A stretch of 49,482 nt of DNA, taken from an uncultured Planctomycetaceae bacterium (lineage in GTDB: Bacteria > Planctomycetota > Phycisphaerae > UBA1845 > UTPLA1). The notes under the pieces were generated by a model. The model ran no database searches and had not been told where the DNA came from. It saw only the letters and a list, made by a program, of their open reading frames with translations. Position numbers and translations under genes: made by a program. The DNA lies in NCBI GenBank assembly GCA_964611695.1, contig CAZTAR010000001.1, positions 1 to 49,482 of the forward strand, written 5' to 3'. Shown here piece after piece: positions 37,291 to 46,042 of this stretch (the stretch's first letter is position 1; every line of letters begins with the position of its first letter).

Positions 37291-37494
37291 CAGCCCCTGA
37301 GGGGCGAAAAGTGATAGCCCACAGCGGAAGCTGTGGGTTTCCGTTGCCCCCGACCTCCCTAGCCCCGGAGGGGCGTAAGAACCATCCACACGTTACGTCT
37401 TTCTTCTTTCGCCCCTTCGGGGCTGACCTCCGTGTTGTGTTTCCTTTCCCACGGCTTGCGCCGTGGGCTACAATCTATCGCCCCTTTGGGGCTA
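37291..37494. repeat. Two ~85-90-nt composite hairpin units in inverted orientation
   Basis: Unit 1 (37291-37376) holds GCCCCtgaGGGGC, CCCACAGCggaaGCTGTGGG and GCCCCggaGGGGC. Unit 2 (37409-37494) holds GCCCCttcGGGGC, CCCACGGCttgcGCCGTGGG and GCCCCtttGGGGC. Flanking bases (a..g versus c..t) show the units are mutually inverted. Confidence 0.75.
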
Positions 37495-39466
37495 TCCCAT
37501 CGTTTGCACTCAGGGCTCGGATTGGTTCAATGGCCAAGCTCTGTTCGAGTTGTTGTGCCACTTTTGATCCGTCAACGCGGCCCCGCAGTTTGCCCATCAC
37601 TTGGCCCATGGCATACCGCTGGAGTTGGTCCTCAGTGCCGAAACGGGGGCGATTCAAACCGCGGACGGTTTCGACCACGCATGAGATCAATTCGTCATCC
37701 GTGACCGGCGCGTACTCGATGAGTAGGTCGTTTGGCGTTGTGTGATCCAACTCCGGTTCCGCGCGCTTCGTCAGAAGCTTTTCCAGGACTTCCAGCACGC
37801 CGTTGCGAGCAAGTCGTCCGGTCGTGAAGGCTTTGAATATCTCGAAGATATCGTCGTCCGTGGCGCGTTCAGGCGCCAGGCCACAGCGTCGAAAGGCTTT
37901 GAGACGCTCGCACACCACCACCACGGCAAACGCGGGATCGCACTTGAGTTCGTCCACGAGGCGTAGGAACAAGTCGGCCCTTCGCGACAGGGACAACGCG
38001 GTCACGAGTCCCTCGGACAAACCCATGGCACGATATCGTTTCTCCCGATCCCAAACGTATTCAGGGAGGTTGGCCGCGATACGTTCAATCCGATTGGCCG
38101 GTATCGCCATCGGCGGAAGGTCCGTATCGGGATACATTCGATCGGCACCTGGAAGGACGCGTTCGAAGCCGTTGGTGCCGTCCTTGAGGCCTTGTCGCGT
38201 GTCGCTGGGAACACCGATCGTCGCCTCCAACGCTCGAATGGAGATTTCATCCGCGGCACAACGCGTATCGGCCTCGTCACCCCAGACGAGGATCAATGCG
38301 TCATTGTTGTTCGCTTTCATCTTGCGCCGCAGGGTTTGCCAGTCCTTGCCGTCCAAAGATTCCGAAGCCGTGTCCGAGTGGACGATGTTGGGTTGTTGCG
38401 TCAGGCAGGCAATCACCCGAACACGGTCGGAGAACTCCTTGGCGAACGTCGTGTGCTCCTGGGTGGGCTCGTTCAAGATGCCGGCGAACCCCTTGAGTAC
38501 GACGCACTTGACCCGGTCTCCCAGTTCTAATGCCGCCCGCATCGGTTCGTACTTCGTCTTGGCCACCACCCGTGTCACGTCGCGTATGGAGTGCTTGAAC
38601 GTATCGGGGGTGATGCCTCGGTGGTTCAGTTCGTCACGGATGGCCAGAAGCGAACACTGCCGCCGGGCCTCGTTGTAGACGAGCCGAGGAATCCGCCATA
38701 ACTGGGGAACGCCTTTGATCTCGATCCGGGTTCCGCCCTTGACGCTGACATTCACATCTTGCCGCGCGGCGCCGTAACCCGTGCGGACCTTCCCGGTACT
38801 GCGGCAGAGACGGCGAATGATCTCCCCGACCTCGGCGACCTCCTCCGGCGTGCGCATGTCCGGTTCGGTCACCGGCTCGATCAGAGGCATGCCCAGACGG
38901 TCGGTGAGGTAGACCCGGTCGTGCCCGACATCCGAGACCTCTCGGCAGGCGTCCTCCTCCAGGCCGAGCTGCCTGATCCGGATCTTTCGGCCTTTGAACG
39001 GAATCCAGCCCTCGACGCCGACGATGGTCGTCCGCTGAAAGCCAGCCGGGATCGATCCGTCGAGGTATTGCTTTCTGGCGATGTGCAACTCGTTGACGAT
39101 GTTCAGGCGCAGCAGCATCGCGACTTCCAGGGCATAGTCGAGCGCGTCGTCGGCGATGAAGAATGGCGGTGTGTCGTCGAATTCGTAGGTGCAGACCGTG
39201 TCGTGATGGATGCGGTAGTAGATGTTCTTCCGCGTCTTCTTCTCCATCAGCGCGGTGCCGTCGTATTCACCGAGTTCGGAAAGCGTCGGGCGCATGTGCC
39301 GGAGGATCTCGGCGTCATACAGGTCGCTGTACAGCCCCGTGGGGCAACGGCAAAAAAGCTTGGTTCGGGTCTGTAGCTGCTGATGGACTTCGATGCCACA
39401 GCGCAGCCCGATGTCCGCATAGTTATCGGGCGACATTGTGTGAAACGGCTTGAATGCTAGGGTCAT
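37475..39466 (-). CDS. gatE: Glu-tRNA(Gln) amidotransferase subunit E (archaeal-type, GatB-like)
   Basis: GLRCGIEVHQQLQTRTKLFCRCPT, LRHMRPTLSELGEYD, RKQYLDGSIPAGFQRT, LGLEEDACREV, RLGMPLIEPVTEPD, ARQDVNVSVKGGTRIEIKGV, and the C-terminal GQVMGKLRGRVDG. The last 7 codons (GIAPKGR) are supplied by the hairpin repeat. Confidence 0.85.
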   Translation of the reverse strand: MTLAFKPFHTMSPDNYADIGLRCGIEVHQQLQTRTKLFCRCPTGLYSDLYDAEILRHMRPTLSELGEYDGTALMEKKTRKNIYYRIHHDTVCTYEFDDTPPFFIADDALDYALEVAMLLRLNIVNELHIARKQYLDGSIPAGFQRTTIVGVEGWIPFKGRKIRIRQLGLEEDACREVSDVGHDRVYLTDRLGMPLIEPVTEPDMRTPEEVAEVGEIIRRLCRSTGKVRTGYGAARQDVNVSVKGGTRIEIKGVPQLWRIPRLVYNEARRQCSLLAIRDELNHRGITPDTFKHSIRDVTRVVAKTKYEPMRAALELGDRVKCVVLKGFAGILNEPTQEHTTFAKEFSDRVRVIACLTQQPNIVHSDTASESLDGKDWQTLRRKMKANNNDALILVWGDEADTRCAADEISIRALEATIGVPSDTRQGLKDGTNGFERVLPGADRMYPDTDLPPMAIPANRIERIAANLPEYVWDREKRYRAMGLSEGLVTALSLSRRADLFLRLVDELKCDPAFAVVVVCERLKAFRRCGLAPERATDDDIFEIFKAFTTGRLARNGVLEVLEKLLTKRAEPELDHTTPNDLLIEYAPVTDDELISCVVETVRGLNRPRFGTEDQLQRYAMGQVMGKLRGRVDGSKVAQQLEQSLAIEPIRALSANDGIAPKGR

Positions 39467-39628
39467 CGCCCGGTGGCTCCTGTCTCATACGAAGAAGTCG
39501 GTATTCTATCAAAGTCCCGTGTGACCAGCAAAGCCCCGAGGCACGCATGGCGTTGGAGGCTGGCGATTGACATCCGATTCTGGTAGTGTTTTCGTCAGAT
39601 GTACGGACCTTGTTGGAGTGCGGATTAC

Positions 39629-41047
39629 ATGTTCACGTCTCACCGAGAAGCTCTCAAATACATCGCGGAAGAAGACGTCGCGATGGTTGATCTGAAAATC
39701 GTTGGCGTTGCCGGACAGTGGATGCATATCACCATCCCGGCGAAGAACTTCACACAGAAACATTTTGAAGAAGGTGTTGGTTACGACGGTTCATCGGGCT
39801 CCGGTTATAGCAGCATCGAGGACGGCGACGTGGCGGCCATGCCGGACCCGACCAGCGCTTTTCTGGACCCATTCTGGGCGCACCCGACCCTCAGTTTTAT
39901 CTGCGATACCGTCACGGCGGATGCCAAGACGCCTTTGGCGAGTGATCCGCGCACCATCGCGCGGCGCGCCGAGTCTTACATGAGGAAGTCCGGCATTGCC
40001 GACGAGGCGCTCATGGGGCCGGAGTTCGAGTTCTACGTTTTCGACAGCCTGGAAATGGTGAACGAACCCTATCAGACCTTCATCAAAATCAACTCTTCTG
40101 AGGCCGACCCGGAAGGCGCGGGACCGGCGATTCAGCACAAAAAAGGCTATCTCGCCCTGCCGCCGACAGAGGGCCTGCACGACTTGCGCTCAGAGATCGC
40201 CCTGATGCTGGAGTCGATGAGGATTCCCGTTCGGTACCACCATCACGAAGTCGGCGCGCCAGGGCAGTGTGAAATCGAGATCGACCTGGGGCCGCTCCTC
40301 AAGATCGCCGACCGAACGATGCTCATCAAGTACGTGGTGAAGAACGTTGCCAGGCGGCAGGGGAAGCTGGCGACCTTCATGCCGAAGCCTGTGTATGGTG
40401 AGGCCGGCAACGGCATGCACGTTCACCAGAAACTCGACAAGGGTGGCAAACCGCTCTTCTTTGACACCGAAAAGAAGAACTACGCGAACCTCAGTGATTT
40501 GGCGTTGCACTACATCGGCGGGCTACTCCAACACGGCCGCGCGTTGACAGGCCTGACGAATCCGTCCACGAATTCCTTCAAGCGATTAGAGGCAGGCTAC
40601 GAGGCGCCCGTGAACTTGTTCTTCTCGTTGGCGAATCGCTCCGCGGCGATCCGCGTGCCGAAGTATGCCATCCAGCCGGAAGACAAGCGCATCGAATACC
40701 GTCCGCCGGACTTCACGGGGAACATCTATCTCACCTTGGCAGGCATGTTGATGGCCGGCCTCGATGGAATTCAATCGAAGATCGATGTGGCGGAGAATCA
40801 CTTCGGTCCGTTTGACGTGGATATCGCAAAGCAGGACGAGGCGTTTTCGAGCCAGATCGCCCCGCTGCCAAGGTCACTGTATGACGCCATGGAAGACTTG
40901 GCCAAGGACAACGCATTTCTGACAAAGGGCGAGGTTTTTCAGGAGGTCTTCCTGCATCGTTGGATTGATGTCAAACGGCGTGAAGAAACGGATTTTATCG
41001 CCCCGCGTCCCCATCCGTGCGAGTATGAACTCTATCTCGACGTATGA
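39629..41047 (+). CDS. glnA: Glutamine synthetase, type I
   Basis: DLKIVGVAGQWMHITIP, GPEFEFYVF, HHHEVGAPGQCEI, MPKPVYGEAGNGMHVHQ, NSFKRLEAGYEAPVN, NRSAAIRVP. ATG at 39629 with GGAG upstream. Confidence 0.9.
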   Translation: MFTSHREALKYIAEEDVAMVDLKIVGVAGQWMHITIPAKNFTQKHFEEGVGYDGSSGSGYSSIEDGDVAAMPDPTSAFLDPFWAHPTLSFICDTVTADAKTPLASDPRTIARRAESYMRKSGIADEALMGPEFEFYVFDSLEMVNEPYQTFIKINSSEADPEGAGPAIQHKKGYLALPPTEGLHDLRSEIALMLESMRIPVRYHHHEVGAPGQCEIEIDLGPLLKIADRTMLIKYVVKNVARRQGKLATFMPKPVYGEAGNGMHVHQKLDKGGKPLFFDTEKKNYANLSDLALHYIGGLLQHGRALTGLTNPSTNSFKRLEAGYEAPVNLFFSLANRSAAIRVPKYAIQPEDKRIEYRPPDFTGNIYLTLAGMLMAGLDGIQSKIDVAENHFGPFDVDIAKQDEAFSSQIAPLPRSLYDAMEDLAKDNAFLTKGEVFQEVFLHRWIDVKRREETDFIAPRPHPCEYELYLDV

Positions 41048-41166
41048 TGCCCTCTCGTGCGGTTGAGCACCGGGATCATTGGGTTGCCACGGGCGGCTTG
41101 CTGTCCGCCGGTGTCGGCCGCTACACAAAAACTAAGTTTGCTCCAGCGTGGGTGCTGCCATCTCTC

Positions 41167-41254
41167 GTAGCGTCGCCCCCCCGTGGCCGACGAGGAACGA
41201 TAGTCGGTGCTGACACCCGCGATCTGCGTCGCCCACAGGGGGGCGTCGCAACAC
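41167..41254. repeat. REP-like palindromic element (GTAGCG family), longer variant
   Basis: GTAGCGTCGCCCCCCCGTGGCCGACGAGGAA...CACAGGGGGGCGTCGCAACAC, downstream of glnA. A degenerate half copy (...GTCCGCCGGTGTCGGCCGCTAC) ends at 41124. Confidence 0.55.
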
Positions 41255-41379
41255 GCTAAACAAGTGCAAGCTGCCAGGGGCGACCCTCGACGAAACGATG
41301 CCAGTATCTGGAGTTGACGAGTTTCACCCTTGACGCCCGATGTCGTAAGGCCTATCCTCATAGTGTCTTAGGGGAACAC

Positions 41380-41452
41380 AGCGGCGTAGCTCAGTTGGCA
41401 GAGCAAGGGATTCATAAGCCCTGGGTCGTCGGTTCAAGTCCGACCGCCGCTA
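41380..41452 (+). tRNA. tRNA with CAU anticodon (Met, or Ile2 if lysidinylated)
   Basis: AGCGGCG TA GCTC AGTTGGCA GAGC A AGGGA TTCATAA GCCCT GGGTC GTCGG TTCAAGT CCGAC CGCCGCT A. There is one A-G mismatch at the 31:39 pair. CCA not encoded. Confidence 0.8.
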
Positions 41453-41734
41453 GTTCTGCAAGTCGTTGTCGGAGCTCATCTTGGGGTGTGTGGCCAAGGT
41501 GGGCGTCCCACTTCTACCCAGGTTCTGCGTCAATCTCGTTTGATGTGATACCAGCGATGGCAGCGGTGGTGCGCGGAAGAATCATTGGCAATCCTTGGAA
41601 GAAAAAATGGGAATGAAACGTGGTTGGCTGGGCGATTTCATCCTGTGGGTGAGTGCAAATGATTCGAAACTCGGCGTGGGAGGGCATAGTCGAAGAACCT
41701 TTGAAAGGTGATCGAAGTGTGTTCGAGGATACAT

Positions 41735-41899
41735 TCACCCGTCGAGACCCAGCTTCGTGCCAGTAGTGAATATCCTCTTCACCGTCGGATCGGGTTTGAT
41801 CGATTCCCGCAGTGCAACAGGACCGCCGCCGCAGCCCGTCATCGCCGCGAGGCCCAGAGTCATTACAGCCAACAATACTGGATTGTGATCTCGCCTCAT
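41735..41899 (-). CDS. Small lipoprotein (54 aa)
   Basis: MRRDHNPVLLAVMTLGLAAMTGCGG carries a lipobox (AMTGC). I chose the internal ATG at 41899. Confidence 0.4.
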   Translation of the reverse strand: MRRDHNPVLLAVMTLGLAAMTGCGGGPVALRESIKPDPTVKRIFTTGTKLGLDG

Positions 41900-42375
41900 G
41901 ATCACGCCCTTTCTCCGGGCCCTTTGAGATACTACTTGTGCCTCAAGCGGCATCCTGCCCAAACATCATCATTATAGCGACATCATCGCTACGGGATGCA
42001 ACAGGGATCACCGGCTGCCGTTGGTTTGTTTGTTCGAGGATGGTACACAGGCAATCCTTTGCGTTGGGACCGCCACCCTGTTCTACTGCACCGATGAAGT
42101 CGACCACGTGGTCTATGGAACGACGCAACATCTTTCGAAACCGACGAAACCCAGGCACACCCTTTTTCATCCAGCCATCAACGACTTTTGGTTATAACTC
42201 TTTGAGCTGCGGCAGGGTCGTATCACTCCACCTTAACCACGAGAAACGCCACCGCGTCTTGGGGGCAATTCAGCAGCAGCGGAAGAAGGAACAACCGCAG
42301 GACTGAGGCATGGGGAGGGCCGCTTCGCTGTCGGGACACCTCCGGTCGTTCTCATCGGCCACGGGGGGGGCGATG

Positions 42376-43191
42376 CTACGAGGGGGCGAGGCCACTCTCC
42401 TCCGGCGCTTCCGTGGCGGATTCCTCTGTTGGTTTGAATACGCGCCTTCGTCTGGCGGGGTTGCCGGACCAGTATTCATATTCTCCGACGACGCTGCCTC
42501 CCATGAGGACGGAGCCTGCGCCGATCATCGCGCCGCGTTTGATGTGCGCGCCTGCGATCGCGGAGTGCCCGCCGATCAAGACATCGTCCTCGATAATGGT
42601 CTTGGCGATGTGCACTGCATCGCGTTCTTGGCGGTGCCCGGCGATGGTGCTGCCGAAACCGATGATGACGTTGCGGCCGATCGTCACGTTGTACGGGTCG
42701 ATGATGCAAGGCTCTGCGATGAAGGCGGACTTCGACTTGGGGCCGAAGATGGGGCCCATGATCCACTTGAGGGGGGGCAGGCTGACCAGGTGAAAGACAA
42801 GAAAACCAGGGAAGGGCACGTTGAACCGCGCCTTGGTCAGTGCCGCGAGGAAGGCGGAATACACAAGTTGGCGGCTGAGACGTTTGCCCGGGCCGATCTC
42901 ATAGCGACCCGGCTTGGGCGTCGGGATGATGAGACGGAAGACCAGCAGGTGCGCGATGTAGAAGACGTTGAACAGAAGGACAAGATGGCTGAGCTTCTGA
43001 CCCCAGAGCCAGGCGGTGCTCAGATTGGCGTTGATGATGGTTTGCTTCGGCCAGGCGTCACAAACGGTAAAGAGCGCGACGCTGAGGGCAATCGAGCTGT
43101 ACCAGATGAAAAGACGGAGAAATCCGTCGAGAAACACAAACCATTGAATACCGAATTTTGGGTCGTACGGTTTGGCGGTTACCTCGGTCAT
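42376..43191 (-). CDS. Membrane-anchored left-handed beta-helix (hexapeptide-repeat) acyltransferase
   Basis: N-terminal TM helices, then hexapeptide repeats VTIGRNVIIGFGSTIAGH...IEDDVLIGGHSAIAGAHIKRGAMIGAGSVLMGGSVV. Confidence 0.7.
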   Translation of the reverse strand: MTEVTAKPYDPKFGIQWFVFLDGFLRLFIWYSSIALSVALFTVCDAWPKQTIINANLSTAWLWGQKLSHLVLLFNVFYIAHLLVFRLIIPTPKPGRYEIGPGKRLSRQLVYSAFLAALTKARFNVPFPGFLVFHLVSLPPLKWIMGPIFGPKSKSAFIAEPCIIDPYNVTIGRNVIIGFGSTIAGHRQERDAVHIAKTIIEDDVLIGGHSAIAGAHIKRGAMIGAGSVLMGGSVVGEYEYWSGNPARRRRVFKPTEESATEAPEESGLAPS

Positions 43192-43460
43192 CGTCGGGTC
43201 CTTTGTCTCTGGTCAAGCCTGTCGGTCTGGCAAGCGGGGCATGTCTTCCCGATTCCCGACTATCAGCAGGGGCTGATCGCCAGATAGTGGCGGCTTGAGC
43301 CGAAAAGGTCAAAGGGCCGGGCCGGAAGAATATCACCACGTCTCTGTCGGTGTTGTGTTTTGGTCCTTTTGCCACGACAATGCCAGCCGGTCGGACCGGC
43401 GATTCTGCGTGAGGTCGGCTCCGTCGCAAAGAGAAAACATAGCAACTATTGAGGTACAAC

Positions 43461-44420
43461 ATGAAGGTCCTGATTGCGGACAAATTCGAATCCACCGGTA
43501 TCGCGCAACTCGAGGAAATGGGCTGCGAGGTTACCTTCAATCCTGAATTGAAAGAGGCTGCACTCACCAAAGCGCTCGAAGACGTCAAACCTGCCGTACT
43601 CGTGGTGCGATCTACGAAGGTCTTGCCGGAGCAACTGGCCGCGGCGGATACGTTGAAGTTGGTGCTCCGTGCAGGCAGTGGCTACAACACGATCGATACC
43701 GCGAACGCCAAAGAGCGCGGCATTCGCGTCGCGAACTGCCCAGGCTTGAACGCGACGGCCGTGGCGGAGTTGACGATGGGTCTGATCCTGTCATTGGATC
43801 GGCGGATCGCGGACAACGTCAACGATCTTCGCAAGGGCGTCTGGGACAAGAAGGAATACGGCAAAGCGCGTGGCCTGAAGGGGCGGACGCTGGGACTGAT
43901 CGGCATCGGCCAGATCGGCCGGCTCGTGGCTCGACGGGCGATTGCGTTCGAGATGAACATCCTCTACAGCGACGTCGTTGCGGCCGAGGAATTCGACAAG
44001 ATGGATTGCGCCCAGCGCGTGGAGATGGACGAACTTCTGAAGCGTGCCGACATCGTGACGCTACACGTACCGGAGTTGCCTGCGACGAAGGGTATGATCG
44101 ACGCGCGTCGGATCGCCCTGATGCAGCCGCACGCGTTCTTGATCAACACATGCCGCGGCACCGTGATCGACGAGCCCGCCCTGATCGCCGCGCTGAAGGA
44201 AAAGAAGATCGCCGCCGCCGCGTGTGACGTGTACGCGAGCGAGCCTGCGAGCACCCAGGGCGAATTCACGGGCGCAATCAAAGACCTCCCGAACTTTTAC
44301 GGCACACACCACATCGGGGCCTCCACCGAACAGGCGCAGCTCGCCGTCGCGGATGAAGCCGTGCTGGTTATCGCCGGATTCAAATCGAACGGCAAAGTGC
44401 TGCATTGCGTGAACGAGTAA
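43461..44420 (+). CDS. D-isomer-specific 2-hydroxyacid dehydrogenase (SerA-like, no ACT domain)
   Basis: MKVLIADKF, the Rossmann motif GLIGIGQIGRLVARRA, VTLHVPELPATKGMI, LINTCRGTVIDEPAL, HIGASTEQAQ. GAGG lies 5 nt upstream. Confidence 0.85.
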   Translation: MKVLIADKFESTGIAQLEEMGCEVTFNPELKEAALTKALEDVKPAVLVVRSTKVLPEQLAAADTLKLVLRAGSGYNTIDTANAKERGIRVANCPGLNATAVAELTMGLILSLDRRIADNVNDLRKGVWDKKEYGKARGLKGRTLGLIGIGQIGRLVARRAIAFEMNILYSDVVAAEEFDKMDCAQRVEMDELLKRADIVTLHVPELPATKGMIDARRIALMQPHAFLINTCRGTVIDEPALIAALKEKKIAAAACDVYASEPASTQGEFTGAIKDLPNFYGTHHIGASTEQAQLAVADEAVLVIAGFKSNGKVLHCVNE

Positions 44421-44494
44421 CGCAAGGCAGCGCGATCGGCGCGCGGCGTGCTGGGCCGGCCTCGATGCGCAACAGCGATATGAGGAAAGAACCA

Positions 44495-45751
44495 ATGACA
44501 CATCGGCGTTGTCGGACTTACTGGGCGGTTGTCATGGCGATGGTGTGTGCGGCCGGGGGGGATCCCGCCCTCGCGGTTGACGGGGAACCCGTGTGGACTT
44601 CATCGTTGGTTTATCCAGCAGGTGCCAATCCATACGTCTCCTCGCCGGTTTTGGCATTCGATCATTATGGAACCCCGGCGGTCTCGTGGTCCCTCGTGCA
44701 GACCAGCGGCGGCGACAACTCCGTTTTTTATTCCCGACTGTCCGGACTGGGGTTGTGGATGCACAGCGAACTTGACTCCGGCCCGGGCATTGGCCTGAGA
44801 ACGTCGCTGGCCTTTGACCGTGCCGAGCGACCCTCCGTCGCCTGGTTGAATGACACAGGCGCTCTCAAGGCCAGCCACAACTTCGGCGCAGTGGAGCAGA
44901 TCGCCGGCAACGCGGATTGGCAGTACCCGATCTTGTCCGCGTGCTATGATCTCGCCGGCGAATTCCGCGGCATGTATCGCACAACAACGCCCGGGAAATT
45001 CGACGAAATAACCCGTTCGGAAGGGACGTTTCAGAACGATGACATGGTGACTTTCGACGATGCGGATACGATCGCCGATGCGGCCATGGCGACGGATAAT
45101 CAGGGCGCGCGCCACATCGTTGCCCGCGAGGAGGTGGGAGGTGGAGAGTGGGCGCTGCTGCTGGCGTCGGAGATAATCGGCGCGCCGCCACAGGACGCGT
45201 GGACGTGGGCTCGGCCGGTTCAAGCGGAAGCGGTCAGTGGCGTCGACATCGCAGTTGATCCGACGGACGGGCGACTGGCGATTGCGTACACAACCGAGGA
45301 CAGCGGCGCCTACTCGCTCTTCTATGCCAAGTTCAACGGCTTCGCATTCGAAACCACCACGGTCCTGTCATCGCCGCAAGATGCCTTCGGGGACATATCG
45401 CTTGCGTTCGACTTCTCCGACGGCAGGCCGGGAATCGCCTACGAATGCGACGCATTCTCAGGTTCCGACGAATTACACTTCGCCTATCTCGACGGTTCTT
45501 CGGTGTGGCAGTCCAGCCTCGTGGACGATTCGATCTCGCTGGAGACACCCCAGAGTACCGCATTGCGCCCGTCGCTGGCATTCGACGACTACGGCACAAG
45601 CTGGCCGGCCATCAGCTACGTAGACGAAGACGGCTCTCTCATCGTCGCATTCGACCCGCCCGCGCCAGAGCCGTGGACCGGCGTGCTCCTGTGTGTTGCC
45701 TTTGCTTGTTTTCGCCGACGAGCCAATTCCAGCAACAGGGTTTCCTCCTGA
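44495..45751 (+). CDS. Secreted beta-propeller-like repeat protein with a PEP-CTERM-like tail
   Basis: Signal-like RTYWAVVMAMVCAAGG. The recurring blade motif [S]LAFD..G.P.[IV][AS][WY] appears at least 5 times (PVLAFDHYGTPAVSW, SLAFDRAERPSVAW, IAVDPTDGRLAIAY, SLAFDFSDGRPGIAY, SLAFDDYGTSWPAISY). The tail is PAPEPWTGVLLCVAFACFRRR. Confidence 0.7.
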   Translation: MTHRRCRTYWAVVMAMVCAAGGDPALAVDGEPVWTSSLVYPAGANPYVSSPVLAFDHYGTPAVSWSLVQTSGGDNSVFYSRLSGLGLWMHSELDSGPGIGLRTSLAFDRAERPSVAWLNDTGALKASHNFGAVEQIAGNADWQYPILSACYDLAGEFRGMYRTTTPGKFDEITRSEGTFQNDDMVTFDDADTIADAAMATDNQGARHIVAREEVGGGEWALLLASEIIGAPPQDAWTWARPVQAEAVSGVDIAVDPTDGRLAIAYTTEDSGAYSLFYAKFNGFAFETTTVLSSPQDAFGDISLAFDFSDGRPGIAYECDAFSGSDELHFAYLDGSSVWQSSLVDDSISLETPQSTALRPSLAFDDYGTSWPAISYVDEDGSLIVAFDPPAPEPWTGVLLCVAFACFRRRANSSNRVSS

Positions 45752-45777
45752 GTCTGGCAGCCGGACCGTAGCGTCAG

Positions 45778-45808
45778 CCCCCCGTGGCCGACGTGAACCA
45801 TAAACGGG
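45778..45808. repeat. Half copy of the GTAGCG-family element
   Basis: GTAGCGTCAGCCCCCCGTGGCCGACGTGAAC, 27 nt after the stop of the PEP-CTERM gene. I did not see a clear 3' arm. Confidence 0.45.
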
Positions 45809-46042
45809 CCTGAACTACGAATGAGCCTGAATGACATACGGGTGCCGATTCATAAAGTAGGTCGCTTACGGCTGCCCTCCCGCACCCTGAAAAAAGGTAC
45901 CCTCACAGCTTGATGACACCTCCGCATATCACGGGCGCAGCCCCTCCCGTTGTCGGAAGGAGCGTTTCTGTTATCATGCCGGGGTCCATTGCTGACTTGG
46001 CCTGTCGACACATGCGTCTTTTGCTCTGGAGGAACAACAAGA

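Noticed and set aside
37143-37745. 200-aa plus-strand ORF spanning the gatD-gatE spacer (APEGRK / RPFGA peptides)
   Set aside because: It is generated by translating the GC-rich hairpin repeats and then running antisense into gatE. Not a gene.
39467-39628. glnA upstream region, searched for a sigma54 (TGGCAC-N5-TTGCA) promoter or a glutamine riboswitch
   Set aside because: Only a lone TTGACA (near 39567) with no convincing -10 element. No sigma54 consensus and no recognisable riboswitch fold by eye.
41314-41616. 100-aa ORF overlapping tRNA-Met
   Set aside because: It reads straight through the tRNA gene (GVAQLAEQGIHKPWVVGSSPTAA). Spurious.
41453-42375. Lower-GC stretch after tRNA-Met with only small ORFs; considered as a second tRNA-linked island remnant
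   Set aside because: No integrase, no repeat of the tRNA 3' end, and only one plausible small lipoprotein gene. Evidence is insufficient.
42310-43287. 325-aa plus-strand ORF overlapping the acyltransferase gene
   Set aside because: The minus-strand frame shows TM helices plus regular hexapeptide repeats. The plus-strand translation is Gly/Asp/Ala/Arg noise.
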